Assembly (NCBI GenBank): GCA_963796955.1
Contig: CAWCNJ010000008.1
Span: forward strand, 160,001-224,000
DNA: 64,000 nt
Source of the DNA: Endomicrobiales bacterium
GTDB lineage: Bacteria; Elusimicrobiota; Endomicrobiia; Endomicrobiales; JALOBY01
Reading direction: 5' to 3'
Both the position numbers and the translations under genes were made by a program. The notes beneath the pieces are model-generated. The model saw nothing but the letters and a program-made list of their open reading frames with translations, was not told where the DNA came from and searched no databases. Below, piece after piece: positions 21,992 to 30,449 of this stretch (position 1 is the stretch's first letter; every line of letters starts with the position of its first letter).

Positions 21992-23703
21992 TATACAAGC
22001 GCTTGACCGGCTACATCGACGAACATATTGGACGCTTTTCCCTGGCCCTGATATGTATGATACTTTTTTCAGCCATAACCGGCGCCAGCATGTGGCTTAT
22101 CAAGGCGGTGATCGACAAGATATTCATCGCGCGCGACATGCATATGTTGTACCTGATAATTATCTTGATACCGTCGATGTACCTGTTTAAAGGCATAGCT
22201 GCCTACGGACAGAATTACCTTATGTTCTATATTTCGCAGAACATTATCCTCAAGATCCGCGGACAGCTGTTCGCCAAACTGATAACTCTTTCACACGATT
22301 TTTATGTGCGCAATTCCTCGGCTAAAATGATGGCCCGGGTGACGAACGATGTCACGCTGCTGCAGACGGCCCTTTTTCAGGTGCCGCCCGCGATCTTTCG
22401 TGACGGTTTCACCATCATCATTATGATCGGCGTGGTGTTCTTCCTTAACTGGAAATTCGCGACGATCACGCTGCTGATATTCCCGTTAGCCGCGTTGCCG
22501 CTGGTATCGTTCGCAAAAAAAATGCGCGCGGCCTCCCGCCAGGGCCAGCACCAGATCTCCGAGATCTACGCGGTATTGCAGGAAGCTATGACCGGCATCA
22601 GCGTTATCAAAACCTTCGTGCAGGAAAACAACGAGATAGAACGGTTCAAGACCGAGAACGACAAATACTATCACGCGATGCAGAAATTCATCAGGGTCGA
22701 CGCCCGGTCGAGCCCGATCATGGAATTTATGGGGGCGCTCGGTGTCTCGTTCATTATCTGGTACGGCGGAAGGGATGTGGTCAGCGGGGTCTGGACCGCA
22801 GGCTCGTTCTTCGCGTTCATGACGGCGGTATTCTCTATCTACCAGCCGCTCAAGAATTTCGCCAGCACTAATTCGATTTTGCAGCAGGCCATGTCCGGCG
22901 CTGAAAGGATATTCAGTCTTCTCGACGAAAAACCGTCTATCGTTAATGCTGATGGTGCGGTGACCCTGCCGCCTTTCAAAGATACTATCGCCTTTGAAAC
23001 TGTGACATTCTCATACCAGCCTGAAAGAGTTGTCCTTGAAAAATTCTCATTGACCGTCAAAGCAGGCGAAGCGATCGCACTGGTCGGCCCTTCGGGTTCC
23101 GGGAAAACCTCTATCGCCAACCTTATACTTCGCTTCTACGATCCTCAGGGCGGGAAAGTCACTATCGACGGACACGATATTCGCAGCGTCACGCTGGAAT
23201 CCCTGCGCGGACAGATAGGTGTCGTGACCCAGGATGTGATGCTGTTCAACGATACCATCGCGTATAATATTTCGTATGGTAACCGCAGCGCCGGTACGGA
23301 AGGAGTGATAGCGGCAGCTAAAGCCGCTAACGCCCACGAATTCATCTTGAGACTGCCGCACGGCTATGATACGGTTGTCGGCGAAAGAGGGGTCCGTTTG
23401 TCCGGCGGCGAACGCCAACGCCTGGCGATCGCGCGGGCCGTGCTTAAAAACCCGCCGATCTTGATACTGGACGAAGCGACCAGCGCCCTGGACGCGGAGT
23501 CTGAAAAACTGGTACAGGCGGCCATAGAACATCTTATGCAAGACCGTACGACCCTTATGATAGCTCACCGGCTTTCAACGATCAGGCGGGCAGACCGCAT
23601 CATCGTATTGGATAAAGGCGCTATCGTTGAAGAAGGAACGCACGAAGAACTGGTAAAGAACGAAGGTGTCTACTCGCATTTGCATAACCTGCAAATACTT
23701 TAG
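21988..23703 (+). CDS. msbA: Lipid A export ABC transporter, MsbA-like (TMD+NBD)
   Basis: Six-TM ABC membrane domain, GPSGSGKT, LSGGERQR, ILDEATSALD; follows lpxB. Confidence 0.88.
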   Translation: MIYKRLTGYIDEHIGRFSLALICMILFSAITGASMWLIKAVIDKIFIARDMHMLYLIIILIPSMYLFKGIAAYGQNYLMFYISQNIILKIRGQLFAKLITLSHDFYVRNSSAKMMARVTNDVTLLQTALFQVPPAIFRDGFTIIIMIGVVFFLNWKFATITLLIFPLAALPLVSFAKKMRAASRQGQHQISEIYAVLQEAMTGISVIKTFVQENNEIERFKTENDKYYHAMQKFIRVDARSSPIMEFMGALGVSFIIWYGGRDVVSGVWTAGSFFAFMTAVFSIYQPLKNFASTNSILQQAMSGAERIFSLLDEKPSIVNADGAVTLPPFKDTIAFETVTFSYQPERVVLEKFSLTVKAGEAIALVGPSGSGKTSIANLILRFYDPQGGKVTIDGHDIRSVTLESLRGQIGVVTQDVMLFNDTIAYNISYGNRSAGTEGVIAAAKAANAHEFILRLPHGYDTVVGERGVRLSGGERQRLAIARAVLKNPPILILDEATSALDAESEKLVQAAIEHLMQDRTTLMIAHRLSTIRRADRIIVLDKGAIVEEGTHEELVKNEGVYSHLHNLQIL

Positions 23704-23710
23704 GAGCTCC

Positions 23711-24700
23711 ATGAAACGATTTCTGTTAGCGGTATTGCTGATCTCAGCCCTTATAACAAATGTGTTAGCGCGCCCTCAATCTCCGTTGGCCTACAATGCG
23801 TTCGATGGTATTGCCCCGGGCGGACGGTCGCTTGGTATGGGGCTGGCAGCGGCCGCGGTGGGGAATGACCCTGCCGACATATACTTCAATCCGGCGGGCC
23901 TTGCGCTTCTTAAAGACGATAACGTTCTGGGTTTGTCATTTGAAGCGGCCCGTCAAAGCAGCTTGAGCACGGATCAGTTGTTCTCCAATGAGACATTAAA
24001 GAACACCAACCTGACGCTGATAAGCCTCTGTAACTCAAAAGGGGCTATTTCCTGGAGGCCGATGGCTTCGTACTCCGTCTCGACAACGACCGTTAACGGT
24101 GGTTTTTCCAGCACAGAAGTGCATGTAGACGAATTCACTCTTTCCGCAACACAAACGGATGATAAGATAACGAACGGGCTGAACCTGTCGTACCTTTACG
24201 GCCGGGTTGCCCAGGCCGGCATAGACAACGGCACACCGTCGGCGAATATCGCTGACGGCAACGGTTTCTCCCTGGGTTATGGACTATTGTATAATGTGTC
24301 ACCCATGTTCCGCCTGGGGATCGATGCCGATAACATCGCGGCCTTTATGTGGTGGGACGATTTTGAGACCCAGCAGCTGCCATTCGTATTACGCGCGGGT
24401 TTTGCGTACCAGATAAGCAAATTCGTGACCTTCGCCTACGATTTCGATAAAAGGTATTACCGGGATCCGGTTCCGGCCCTCACTCAGAACCATTTCGGGC
24501 TGGAACAGAACCTGGGCGATATATTAAAGATCCGGGTCGGCATCTACGGTCCCGATATGAACGACCTTGAGGTAACGCACTACACCGCGGGTCTTGGCTA
24601 TACGCAAAACAATCTCAATTTTGACCTCTCAGGCGAGAAATACCGTGTGGATTTTACCGATGTCTACCGTATCGTCCTGGGCTTATCAGTCCCATTATAA
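23711..24700 (+). CDS. Outer-membrane beta-barrel, PorV/PorQ/FadL-like (UPF0164-type N-terminal motif)
   Basis: Signal peptide; GGRSLGMGLAAAAVGNDPADIYFNPAGLA motif; alternating beta strands; ATG 23711 with AGGAG SD. Confidence 0.7.
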   Translation: MKRFLLAVLLISALITNVLARPQSPLAYNAFDGIAPGGRSLGMGLAAAAVGNDPADIYFNPAGLALLKDDNVLGLSFEAARQSSLSTDQLFSNETLKNTNLTLISLCNSKGAISWRPMASYSVSTTTVNGGFSSTEVHVDEFTLSATQTDDKITNGLNLSYLYGRVAQAGIDNGTPSANIADGNGFSLGYGLLYNVSPMFRLGIDADNIAAFMWWDDFETQQLPFVLRAGFAYQISKFVTFAYDFDKRYYRDPVPALTQNHFGLEQNLGDILKIRVGIYGPDMNDLEVTHYTAGLGYTQNNLNFDLSGEKYRVDFTDVYRIVLGLSVPL

Positions 24701-24715
24701 GCTGCCCGGCTTAAC

Positions 24716-24772
24716 AAAATAAAACTCTCGCCGGGCGCATATGCATATGCTGACCGGCGAGAGTTTTATTTT
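24716..24772. terminator. Bidirectional intrinsic terminator between convergent OMP gene and rpmB
   Basis: Perfect 19-bp inverted repeat AAAATAAAACTCTCGCCGG (24716-34) / CCGGCGAGAGTTTTATTTT (24754-72), with A/T tracts on both sides. Confidence 0.9.
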
Positions 24773-24786
24773 AAGAAAAAAGTAAA

Positions 24787-24975
24787 TTAAGCTTTCTGAA
24801 CTTTGTTCGATTTAAGGCAGGCAACGCAGACCAGCTTCTTCTTTGTTTTGCCTTCAACCTTGATACGGATATCCTGCAGATTCGGACGGAAAATTCTTTT
24901 TGTGCCGACGTGTGAATGGCTGACCGTATTTCCTGTTTTCGGCCCTTTGCCGCAGATAGTGCATTTGTAAGACAT
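24787..24975 (-). CDS. rpmB: 50S ribosomal protein L28 (zinc-ribbon form)
   Basis: CTICGKGPKTGNTVSHS...TKRIFRPNLQ...VCVACLKS; GGAGGT SD. Confidence 0.96.
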   Translation of the reverse strand: MSYKCTICGKGPKTGNTVSHSHVGTKRIFRPNLQDIRIKVEGKTKKKLVCVACLKSNKVQKA

Positions 24976-25011
24976 TGAGTTGTTACCTCCACTTGGATAT
25001 TACGAAACACA

Positions 25012-25040
25012 TTTATATCAAATTTAGAGGACAATATCAA
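25012..25040 (-). promoter_or_regulatory. Sigma70-type promoter for rpmB, overlapping the recG ribosome-binding region
   Basis: Minus strand TTGATA (25040-35), 17 nt spacer, TGa-TATAAA (25017-12). Confidence 0.6.
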
Positions 25041-25044
25041 ATTT

Positions 25045-27150
25045 ATGGAACAAAAGAACCTTGATCAATCGGTCCAATGCCTTAAGGGCATGGGGCCTGC
25101 AAAGGCTCAGATGCTTTCAAGGCTTGGCGTAACGAGCCTTCGGGAAATGCTGACACTATTTCCGCGCGAGTATGATGACCGGCGGCTGATACAACGGATT
25201 GGTACCGCGCCGGCCAATACCCGGGTTACGGTAAAGGGCAAAGTGGAGACGGCTGAGGTTATGGCTCTTTCTCCAACACTTAAAATTTTTAAGGTGGCGG
25301 TTTCGGACAGCTCCGGGATATGTTACGCGCAATTCTTCCGTCATGTAAACCCCTACCAGCGGTTTGATATTTTCGCTTCACTTAAAAGCAGCTTTGTCCC
25401 GGGCCAGTGGGTGATACTTAACGGTATCATGGAGTACCGGTTCAGGGAAAGACAATTATCAGTTGATGATCACGCCTTGCTTGCCTCCGCCGATGCCCCG
25501 CTTCCGGCCTCCTTTAACGGAATTATTCCAATATATCCTTTGACCGAGGGGATCTCGCAGAAGTTTTTGCGGGGCATGATGACAAAGGCTGTTTCAAGCT
25601 ACGCTAAAGAATGGCCGGAGCTGCTGCCTGAGACTATGTGTGAAGAACTTAAGCTGCCCGGCGCCGCAAAAGCGGTTCGCAGCATCCATTTTCCGGCCAG
25701 CTTTCAGGAGGCGGAAAGTGCCAGGAAGCGGCTGGCAGCCGATGAATTCTATCTTTTGGAAGCAGCTATGACGCTGGTAAGGGAACGCTCACAAAGACAA
25801 ACTAAACCGCGTTCCTATGAAGTGAAAAAGCATCTACTTGGGCAGTTCCGTGTAAAAATGGGATTTGAATTTACGCGCGCCCAGAAAAGATCCATCAACG
25901 AGATCTTCTGTGATATGCAAAAGACAGCCCCAATGAACCGTCTGCTTACAGGTGATGTAGGTTCGGGAAAAACCGTTGTTGCTCTCAGCGCGGCATTGCT
26001 TGCCATAGAGAACGGCTTCCAGGCCGCCCTTCTTGCGCCCACTGAAATACTTGCTTCACAGCACGCGGTCTCAATTTCAAACCTGCTTGAGGGATTGCCG
26101 GTGAACATCGCTCTGGTTACCGGCAATCTCTCAGCATCGGGGGCAGGCCGCGCGGCACTTCGCAAGGCGGTGGCTGATGGCTCAGCGCAGCTGGTTATCG
26201 GAACACACGCCCTGCTTGACGAAAACGTTTCTTTTAAAAACCTTGGCCTGGTTGTGATTGATGAACAACACCGGTTCGGTGTGCTTCAGCGGGCGGCGCT
26301 GCAGAAAAAAGCATCTATGCCGGATGTTCTTATAATGACGGCTACCCCCATACCGCGTTCTCTTGCGTTGACGCTGTACGGCGATCTTGATGTTTCGGTA
26401 ATTGATACACTGCCCCCCGGCAGGCTGCCTGTGATAACGAAACATGTTGCTGACCATGAAGCGTATTCATTTATCAAAAGTGAGATCGCTAAAAAGCATC
26501 AGGCGTTTATCGTTTATCCGCTGGTTGACAGCACCGATTCTTCCGAGATGAAAGCGGCCGCAAGCGAGGCGGCGAATTTGTCGAAGACAATTTTTTTCGG
26601 TCTGCATGTTGGCTTGCTGCACGGCCAGATGAAAGCCGCCGATAAGGACGCGGTAATGAAAGGTTTCAGGGACGGCACCTTTGACATACTGATAGCGACA
26701 ACGGTAATAGAGGTCGGCATAGATGTGCCGAACGCAACGGTAATGATGATAGAGCACTGCGAACGCTTCGGCCTTGCGACCCTGCATCAGCTTCGTGGCC
26801 GTGTGGGAAGGGGAAAGTCTCAATCGTATTGTCTTCTGGCCGGACAGCCTTCCACGGAGCAGGCAAAGAGGCGTATCGATGTTATGCTTTCGACAACGGA
26901 TGGCTTCAAGATAGCACAGGAAGATCTGGTCCTAAGAGGACCCGGGGAATTCTTCGGCACGGCACAGCACGGAATGCCTGAACTTAAAGCGGGAAATATC
27001 ATAACCGATTTGGATTTGATCAAGACCGCGAAAGAAGCTGCTGAAAAAACTCTGAGCACCGACCATACTCTTGCGTTAAGCGAAAACAGGCAGCTGCGTG
27101 ACGAACTGACGCGCGTTTTTGGCGGAAAGATATCACTGGCAACAATATAA
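25045..27150 (+). CDS. recG: ATP-dependent DNA helicase RecG
   Basis: Wedge domain, GDVGSGKT, LAPTEILA, DEQHRFG, MTATPIPR, QLRGRVGR, TRG motif DGFKIAQEDLVLRGPG. Confidence 0.97.
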   Translation: MEQKNLDQSVQCLKGMGPAKAQMLSRLGVTSLREMLTLFPREYDDRRLIQRIGTAPANTRVTVKGKVETAEVMALSPTLKIFKVAVSDSSGICYAQFFRHVNPYQRFDIFASLKSSFVPGQWVILNGIMEYRFRERQLSVDDHALLASADAPLPASFNGIIPIYPLTEGISQKFLRGMMTKAVSSYAKEWPELLPETMCEELKLPGAAKAVRSIHFPASFQEAESARKRLAADEFYLLEAAMTLVRERSQRQTKPRSYEVKKHLLGQFRVKMGFEFTRAQKRSINEIFCDMQKTAPMNRLLTGDVGSGKTVVALSAALLAIENGFQAALLAPTEILASQHAVSISNLLEGLPVNIALVTGNLSASGAGRAALRKAVADGSAQLVIGTHALLDENVSFKNLGLVVIDEQHRFGVLQRAALQKKASMPDVLIMTATPIPRSLALTLYGDLDVSVIDTLPPGRLPVITKHVADHEAYSFIKSEIAKKHQAFIVYPLVDSTDSSEMKAAASEAANLSKTIFFGLHVGLLHGQMKAADKDAVMKGFRDGTFDILIATTVIEVGIDVPNATVMMIEHCERFGLATLHQLRGRVGRGKSQSYCLLAGQPSTEQAKRRIDVMLSTTDGFKIAQEDLVLRGPGEFFGTAQHGMPELKAGNIITDLDLIKTAKEAAEKTLSTDHTLALSENRQLRDELTRVFGGKISLATI

Positions 27151-27186
27151 ACTCCTTGAAATTTCATATTGAACTTGCAAAAAATA

Positions 27187-27215
27187 TTGACAAAATAAGG
27201 TAAATGTCCTATAAG
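27187..27215 (+). promoter_or_regulatory. Sigma70-type promoter for coaD-pilB-pilT-pilC
   Basis: TTGACA (27187-92), 17 nt spacer, TATAAG (27210-15). Confidence 0.65.
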
Positions 27216-27223
27216 GTATATAA

Positions 27224-27727
27224 ATGAAAGGGCCTGTCGCTGTTTATCCCGGAAGTTTTGATCCGCTCACCAATGGGCACCTGGACATAATTGTCAGGGC
27301 TACCCGCCTTTTTCCAAAAGTCATTGTAGCCGTAACCGATAATGCCAACAAAAATCCTACGTTCTCAGTGGACCAGCGCCTCAGCATGATACAGAGCGCA
27401 ACGTCCGGCCTTAAGTCCGTACGCATAGAGCGGTTTTCCGGCCTGCTGGTGCACTACCTTATAAAAACGAATGCTTCAGTGATCATCCGCGGCCTGCGGG
27501 CGGTCTCTGATTTCGAATATGAGTTCCAGATGGCGTTGATGAACCGGCGTCTAGATAAGATCGCGGAAACGGTATTCCTGATGCCCGACGAATCGTATAC
27601 GTATCTTTCATCCCGTATGGTCAAAGAAGTCTACCGCCTCGGCGGAGACGTCCGAGGGCTGGTGCCGGTACATGTCGAAAAATACCTGCGTGAGAAATTC
27701 CGCGTAAAGAACAGGGAGAGCCTTTGA
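27224..27727 (+). CDS. coaD: Pantetheine-phosphate adenylyltransferase
   Basis: YPGSFDPLTNGHLDI, RGLRAVSDFEYE, SSRMVKE. Confidence 0.97.
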   Translation: MKGPVAVYPGSFDPLTNGHLDIIVRATRLFPKVIVAVTDNANKNPTFSVDQRLSMIQSATSGLKSVRIERFSGLLVHYLIKTNASVIIRGLRAVSDFEYEFQMALMNRRLDKIAETVFLMPDESYTYLSSRMVKEVYRLGGDVRGLVPVHVEKYLREKFRVKNRESL

Positions 27728-29358
27728 GCCTTGCCGGCCTTAAGAAACGACTGGGGGATATTCTTGTCGAGGTCGGTATCATCACCTCCGAACAGCTGAG
27801 CGACGCCCTGGAGATACAAAAACGCACCGGCGGGAAACTGGGCGCCATACTCTCGCAGATGGGCGCCATCAACGAAGAGGTCATGCTCGCCTTTCTCGGT
27901 AAACAGTGCGGCGTCTCCTATATTTCTCTTTCCGAATACGGCGTTATACCCCAGGAAGTCATACATACCGTGCCCAAAAGCATCGTGCGGCGTCAAAACC
28001 TGATACCGGTTCGTATCAACGGACAGATCGTGACCGTGGCGATGGCCGACCCCTTCAATATTTTCGCGATCGATGATATCAAACTCACCACGGGACTGGA
28101 CGTGCAGGTGGTGATCGCTCTTGACGACGACATTAAGAAAGCCATCGATACCTATTACGCGGTATTTTACGAATGCGATGAATTATCCGGCAAGGAAATG
28201 CTTCCCGATGAAGACATTGTCAATTATGTGCTCTCGCCGGGTGTAAAAGCCGGCTCTTCTGCCGTGTACATTGAACCGCAGGAAGAAACCCTGCGCATCC
28301 GCTACCGGACCAACGGTATGCTGGAGCAGCAGTCACCCATCCCCCGCTCTTATTACTCTTCATTATCCTCGAAATTAAAATCGCTCGCCGGGCTCTCCGC
28401 GGCGGCACCCGGTACGGCCTGTAAAGGTTTTTTCAAACTGACGGTATCCGGTATCGAAACCACGATCCATATCTCTTTCCTGCCGACCATCGCGGGGGAC
28501 CGCATCGTTCTTAAGCTTTCCCGGGACAATGAAGCGCTCCGCGACCTCAATCAGATGGGCTTTGAGCCGGAGACTGTCTCGGTATTCATTAAGAACCTGG
28601 AAAAGGCCAATGGGATGATCGTTATCACCGGCCCCAACGACTCGGGGAAAACCAGCACTCTGTATGCGGCCATTCATTACCTTAACCACCCCGACTGCAA
28701 TATCATGACGATAGAAGAACGTATCGAATCGCTGATACCCGGGGTAAACCAGATACAAACGGAGCCGGAAAAAGCATTAACGGCGGCCGGTATCTTACGT
28801 TCTTTGAAGGTTCAGGACCCGGATGTGCTGATGATCGAAGAGCTCTCCGATCCGGAATGCGCGGCCGCGGCCATATCGGCAAGCCTGACGGACAAACTGG
28901 TTTTAACGGCGCTGCCAACCTCAACCATAAATGAAACCTTAACCCAATTCTATTACCTCGGCGTGGACCCGGCGGTGGCTTCCCAGGGCATTTCAATGAT
29001 CGTCAACCAGCGCCTTATACGGACCTTGTGCCCAAAATGCAAGGAAGCATACGAAATACCCGGCTACAACCTCATTTCTGTCGGGGTTCAGGAAGAACTT
29101 CCGGAAAAAATGAAGTTGTTCAAACCGAAAGGCTGTCCTTTTTGCCACCACAGCGGCTACAGCGGCCGCACCGCCGTGCATGAACTGTATGAATTCGATA
29201 AGGAATTGCGCAGGTCTATCGCCGAAAATCCACACAAACTGGATAGTGAAAGATTTTTCACCAAGCACCGGATCCTTTCCCTGCACGAGGCCGTGTGGCG
29301 CAAAGTGAAATACGGTGTTGCCGATGTTGAAGAGTTGTTAAAGATCACCAGGAACTAG
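27724..29358 (+). CDS. pilB: PilB/GspE-family ATPase with N-terminal MshEN domain and degenerate catalytic motifs
   Basis: RLGDILVEVGIITSEQLSDALEIQ (MshEN), VAMADP, Walker A GPNDSGKT, tetracysteine CPKC...CPFC; sits in the pilB slot before pilT-pilC. Confidence 0.85.
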   Translation: MSLAGLKKRLGDILVEVGIITSEQLSDALEIQKRTGGKLGAILSQMGAINEEVMLAFLGKQCGVSYISLSEYGVIPQEVIHTVPKSIVRRQNLIPVRINGQIVTVAMADPFNIFAIDDIKLTTGLDVQVVIALDDDIKKAIDTYYAVFYECDELSGKEMLPDEDIVNYVLSPGVKAGSSAVYIEPQEETLRIRYRTNGMLEQQSPIPRSYYSSLSSKLKSLAGLSAAAPGTACKGFFKLTVSGIETTIHISFLPTIAGDRIVLKLSRDNEALRDLNQMGFEPETVSVFIKNLEKANGMIVITGPNDSGKTSTLYAAIHYLNHPDCNIMTIEERIESLIPGVNQIQTEPEKALTAAGILRSLKVQDPDVLMIEELSDPECAAAAISASLTDKLVLTALPTSTINETLTQFYYLGVDPAVASQGISMIVNQRLIRTLCPKCKEAYEIPGYNLISVGVQEELPEKMKLFKPKGCPFCHHSGYSGRTAVHELYEFDKELRRSIAENPHKLDSERFFTKHRILSLHEAVWRKVKYGVADVEELLKITRN

Positions 29359-29366
29359 GAGAATAT

Positions 29367-30434
29367 ATGCTTAATATGCAGGATCTGTTGATGCAAATGG
29401 GTGAAAAAAAAGCCTCCGATATGCATATCACAGCGGGGTTGCCGCCGATGCTGCGTATCGACGGGGAAATGGTACAGACCCAATTTGAGAAACTGACCCC
29501 GGACGTCTGTCAGCGGTTGATCTATTCCCTGCTGACGGACTCTCAAAAAGAAAAATTCGAGGCAACGAGCGAACTGGACCTTTCTTTCGGCATTAAGGGT
29601 GTAGGGCGCGTACGTATGAATGTTTTCCGGCAGCGCGGTTCGGTAGGCGCGGCCCTGCGCTCCATTCCGCAGCGTATCCTGACCTTTGAGGAATTGCATC
29701 TGCCGCCGGTCGTTTTCGATCTGATGAAAATGCAAAAGGGACTGATACTGGTTACCGGCGCGACCGGTTCCGGAAAATCCACGACACTGGCCTCCATGAT
29801 AGATTATCTCAATGAACACCGCACCTCACACATCCTGACGATAGAAGACCCGATCGAGTACGTGCATTTGCACAAACAATCCATCGTCAACCAGCGCGAG
29901 ATCGGTACGGATACCAGTACGTTCCCGGTCGCCCTTAAATATGTGCTGCGCCAGGATCCGGATGTGGTGCTGGTGGGAGAAATGCGCGACCTTGAAACGA
30001 TCTCTGCCGCCTTGACGATCGCTGAGACCGGGCACCTTGTTTTCGCGACGCTGCATACGACGGATGCCGCCTCTTCCATCAACCGCATTATTGACGTATT
30101 CCCGCCGCATCAGCAGGCCCAGATACGGGCGCAGGTCTCCTTCGTGCTGCAAGCTGTTTTCGCCCAGCAGCTGATACCGCAGGCGTCCGGATCGGGGAGA
30201 GTACTGGCCTGCGAAGTCATGGTCGTGAACTCCGCGATACGCAATCTTATACGTGACATGAAGGTGGAACAAATATACCTCGCGATGCAGACCGGCGGCA
30301 AATACGGCATGCAGACCATGAACCAGTCCCTGTATGACCTGTACAACAAAAGAGAGATAACTTACCAGACGGCCCTGGATAACAGTGCCGATCAGGATGA
30401 CTTGAAACGTGTTCTGGCGAAGATAGGCGTGTAA
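29367..30434 (+). CDS. pilT: Type IV pilus retraction ATPase
   Basis: ASDMH, GATGSGKST, TIEDPIE, LRQDPDVVLVGEMRD, TGHLVFATLHT, AIRNLIR, GMQT. Confidence 0.96.
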   Translation: MLNMQDLLMQMGEKKASDMHITAGLPPMLRIDGEMVQTQFEKLTPDVCQRLIYSLLTDSQKEKFEATSELDLSFGIKGVGRVRMNVFRQRGSVGAALRSIPQRILTFEELHLPPVVFDLMKMQKGLILVTGATGSGKSTTLASMIDYLNEHRTSHILTIEDPIEYVHLHKQSIVNQREIGTDTSTFPVALKYVLRQDPDVVLVGEMRDLETISAALTIAETGHLVFATLHTTDAASSINRIIDVFPPHQQAQIRAQVSFVLQAVFAQQLIPQASGSGRVLACEVMVVNSAIRNLIRDMKVEQIYLAMQTGGKYGMQTMNQSLYDLYNKREITYQTALDNSADQDDLKRVLAKIGV

Positions 30435-30449
30435 CGGAGGTCGACGACG

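Noticed and set aside
24787..24975. Zinc-ribbon L28 as a zinc-regulated paralogue system
   Set aside because: The Cys-containing form is the common housekeeping type; no second paralogue or Zur box is seen.
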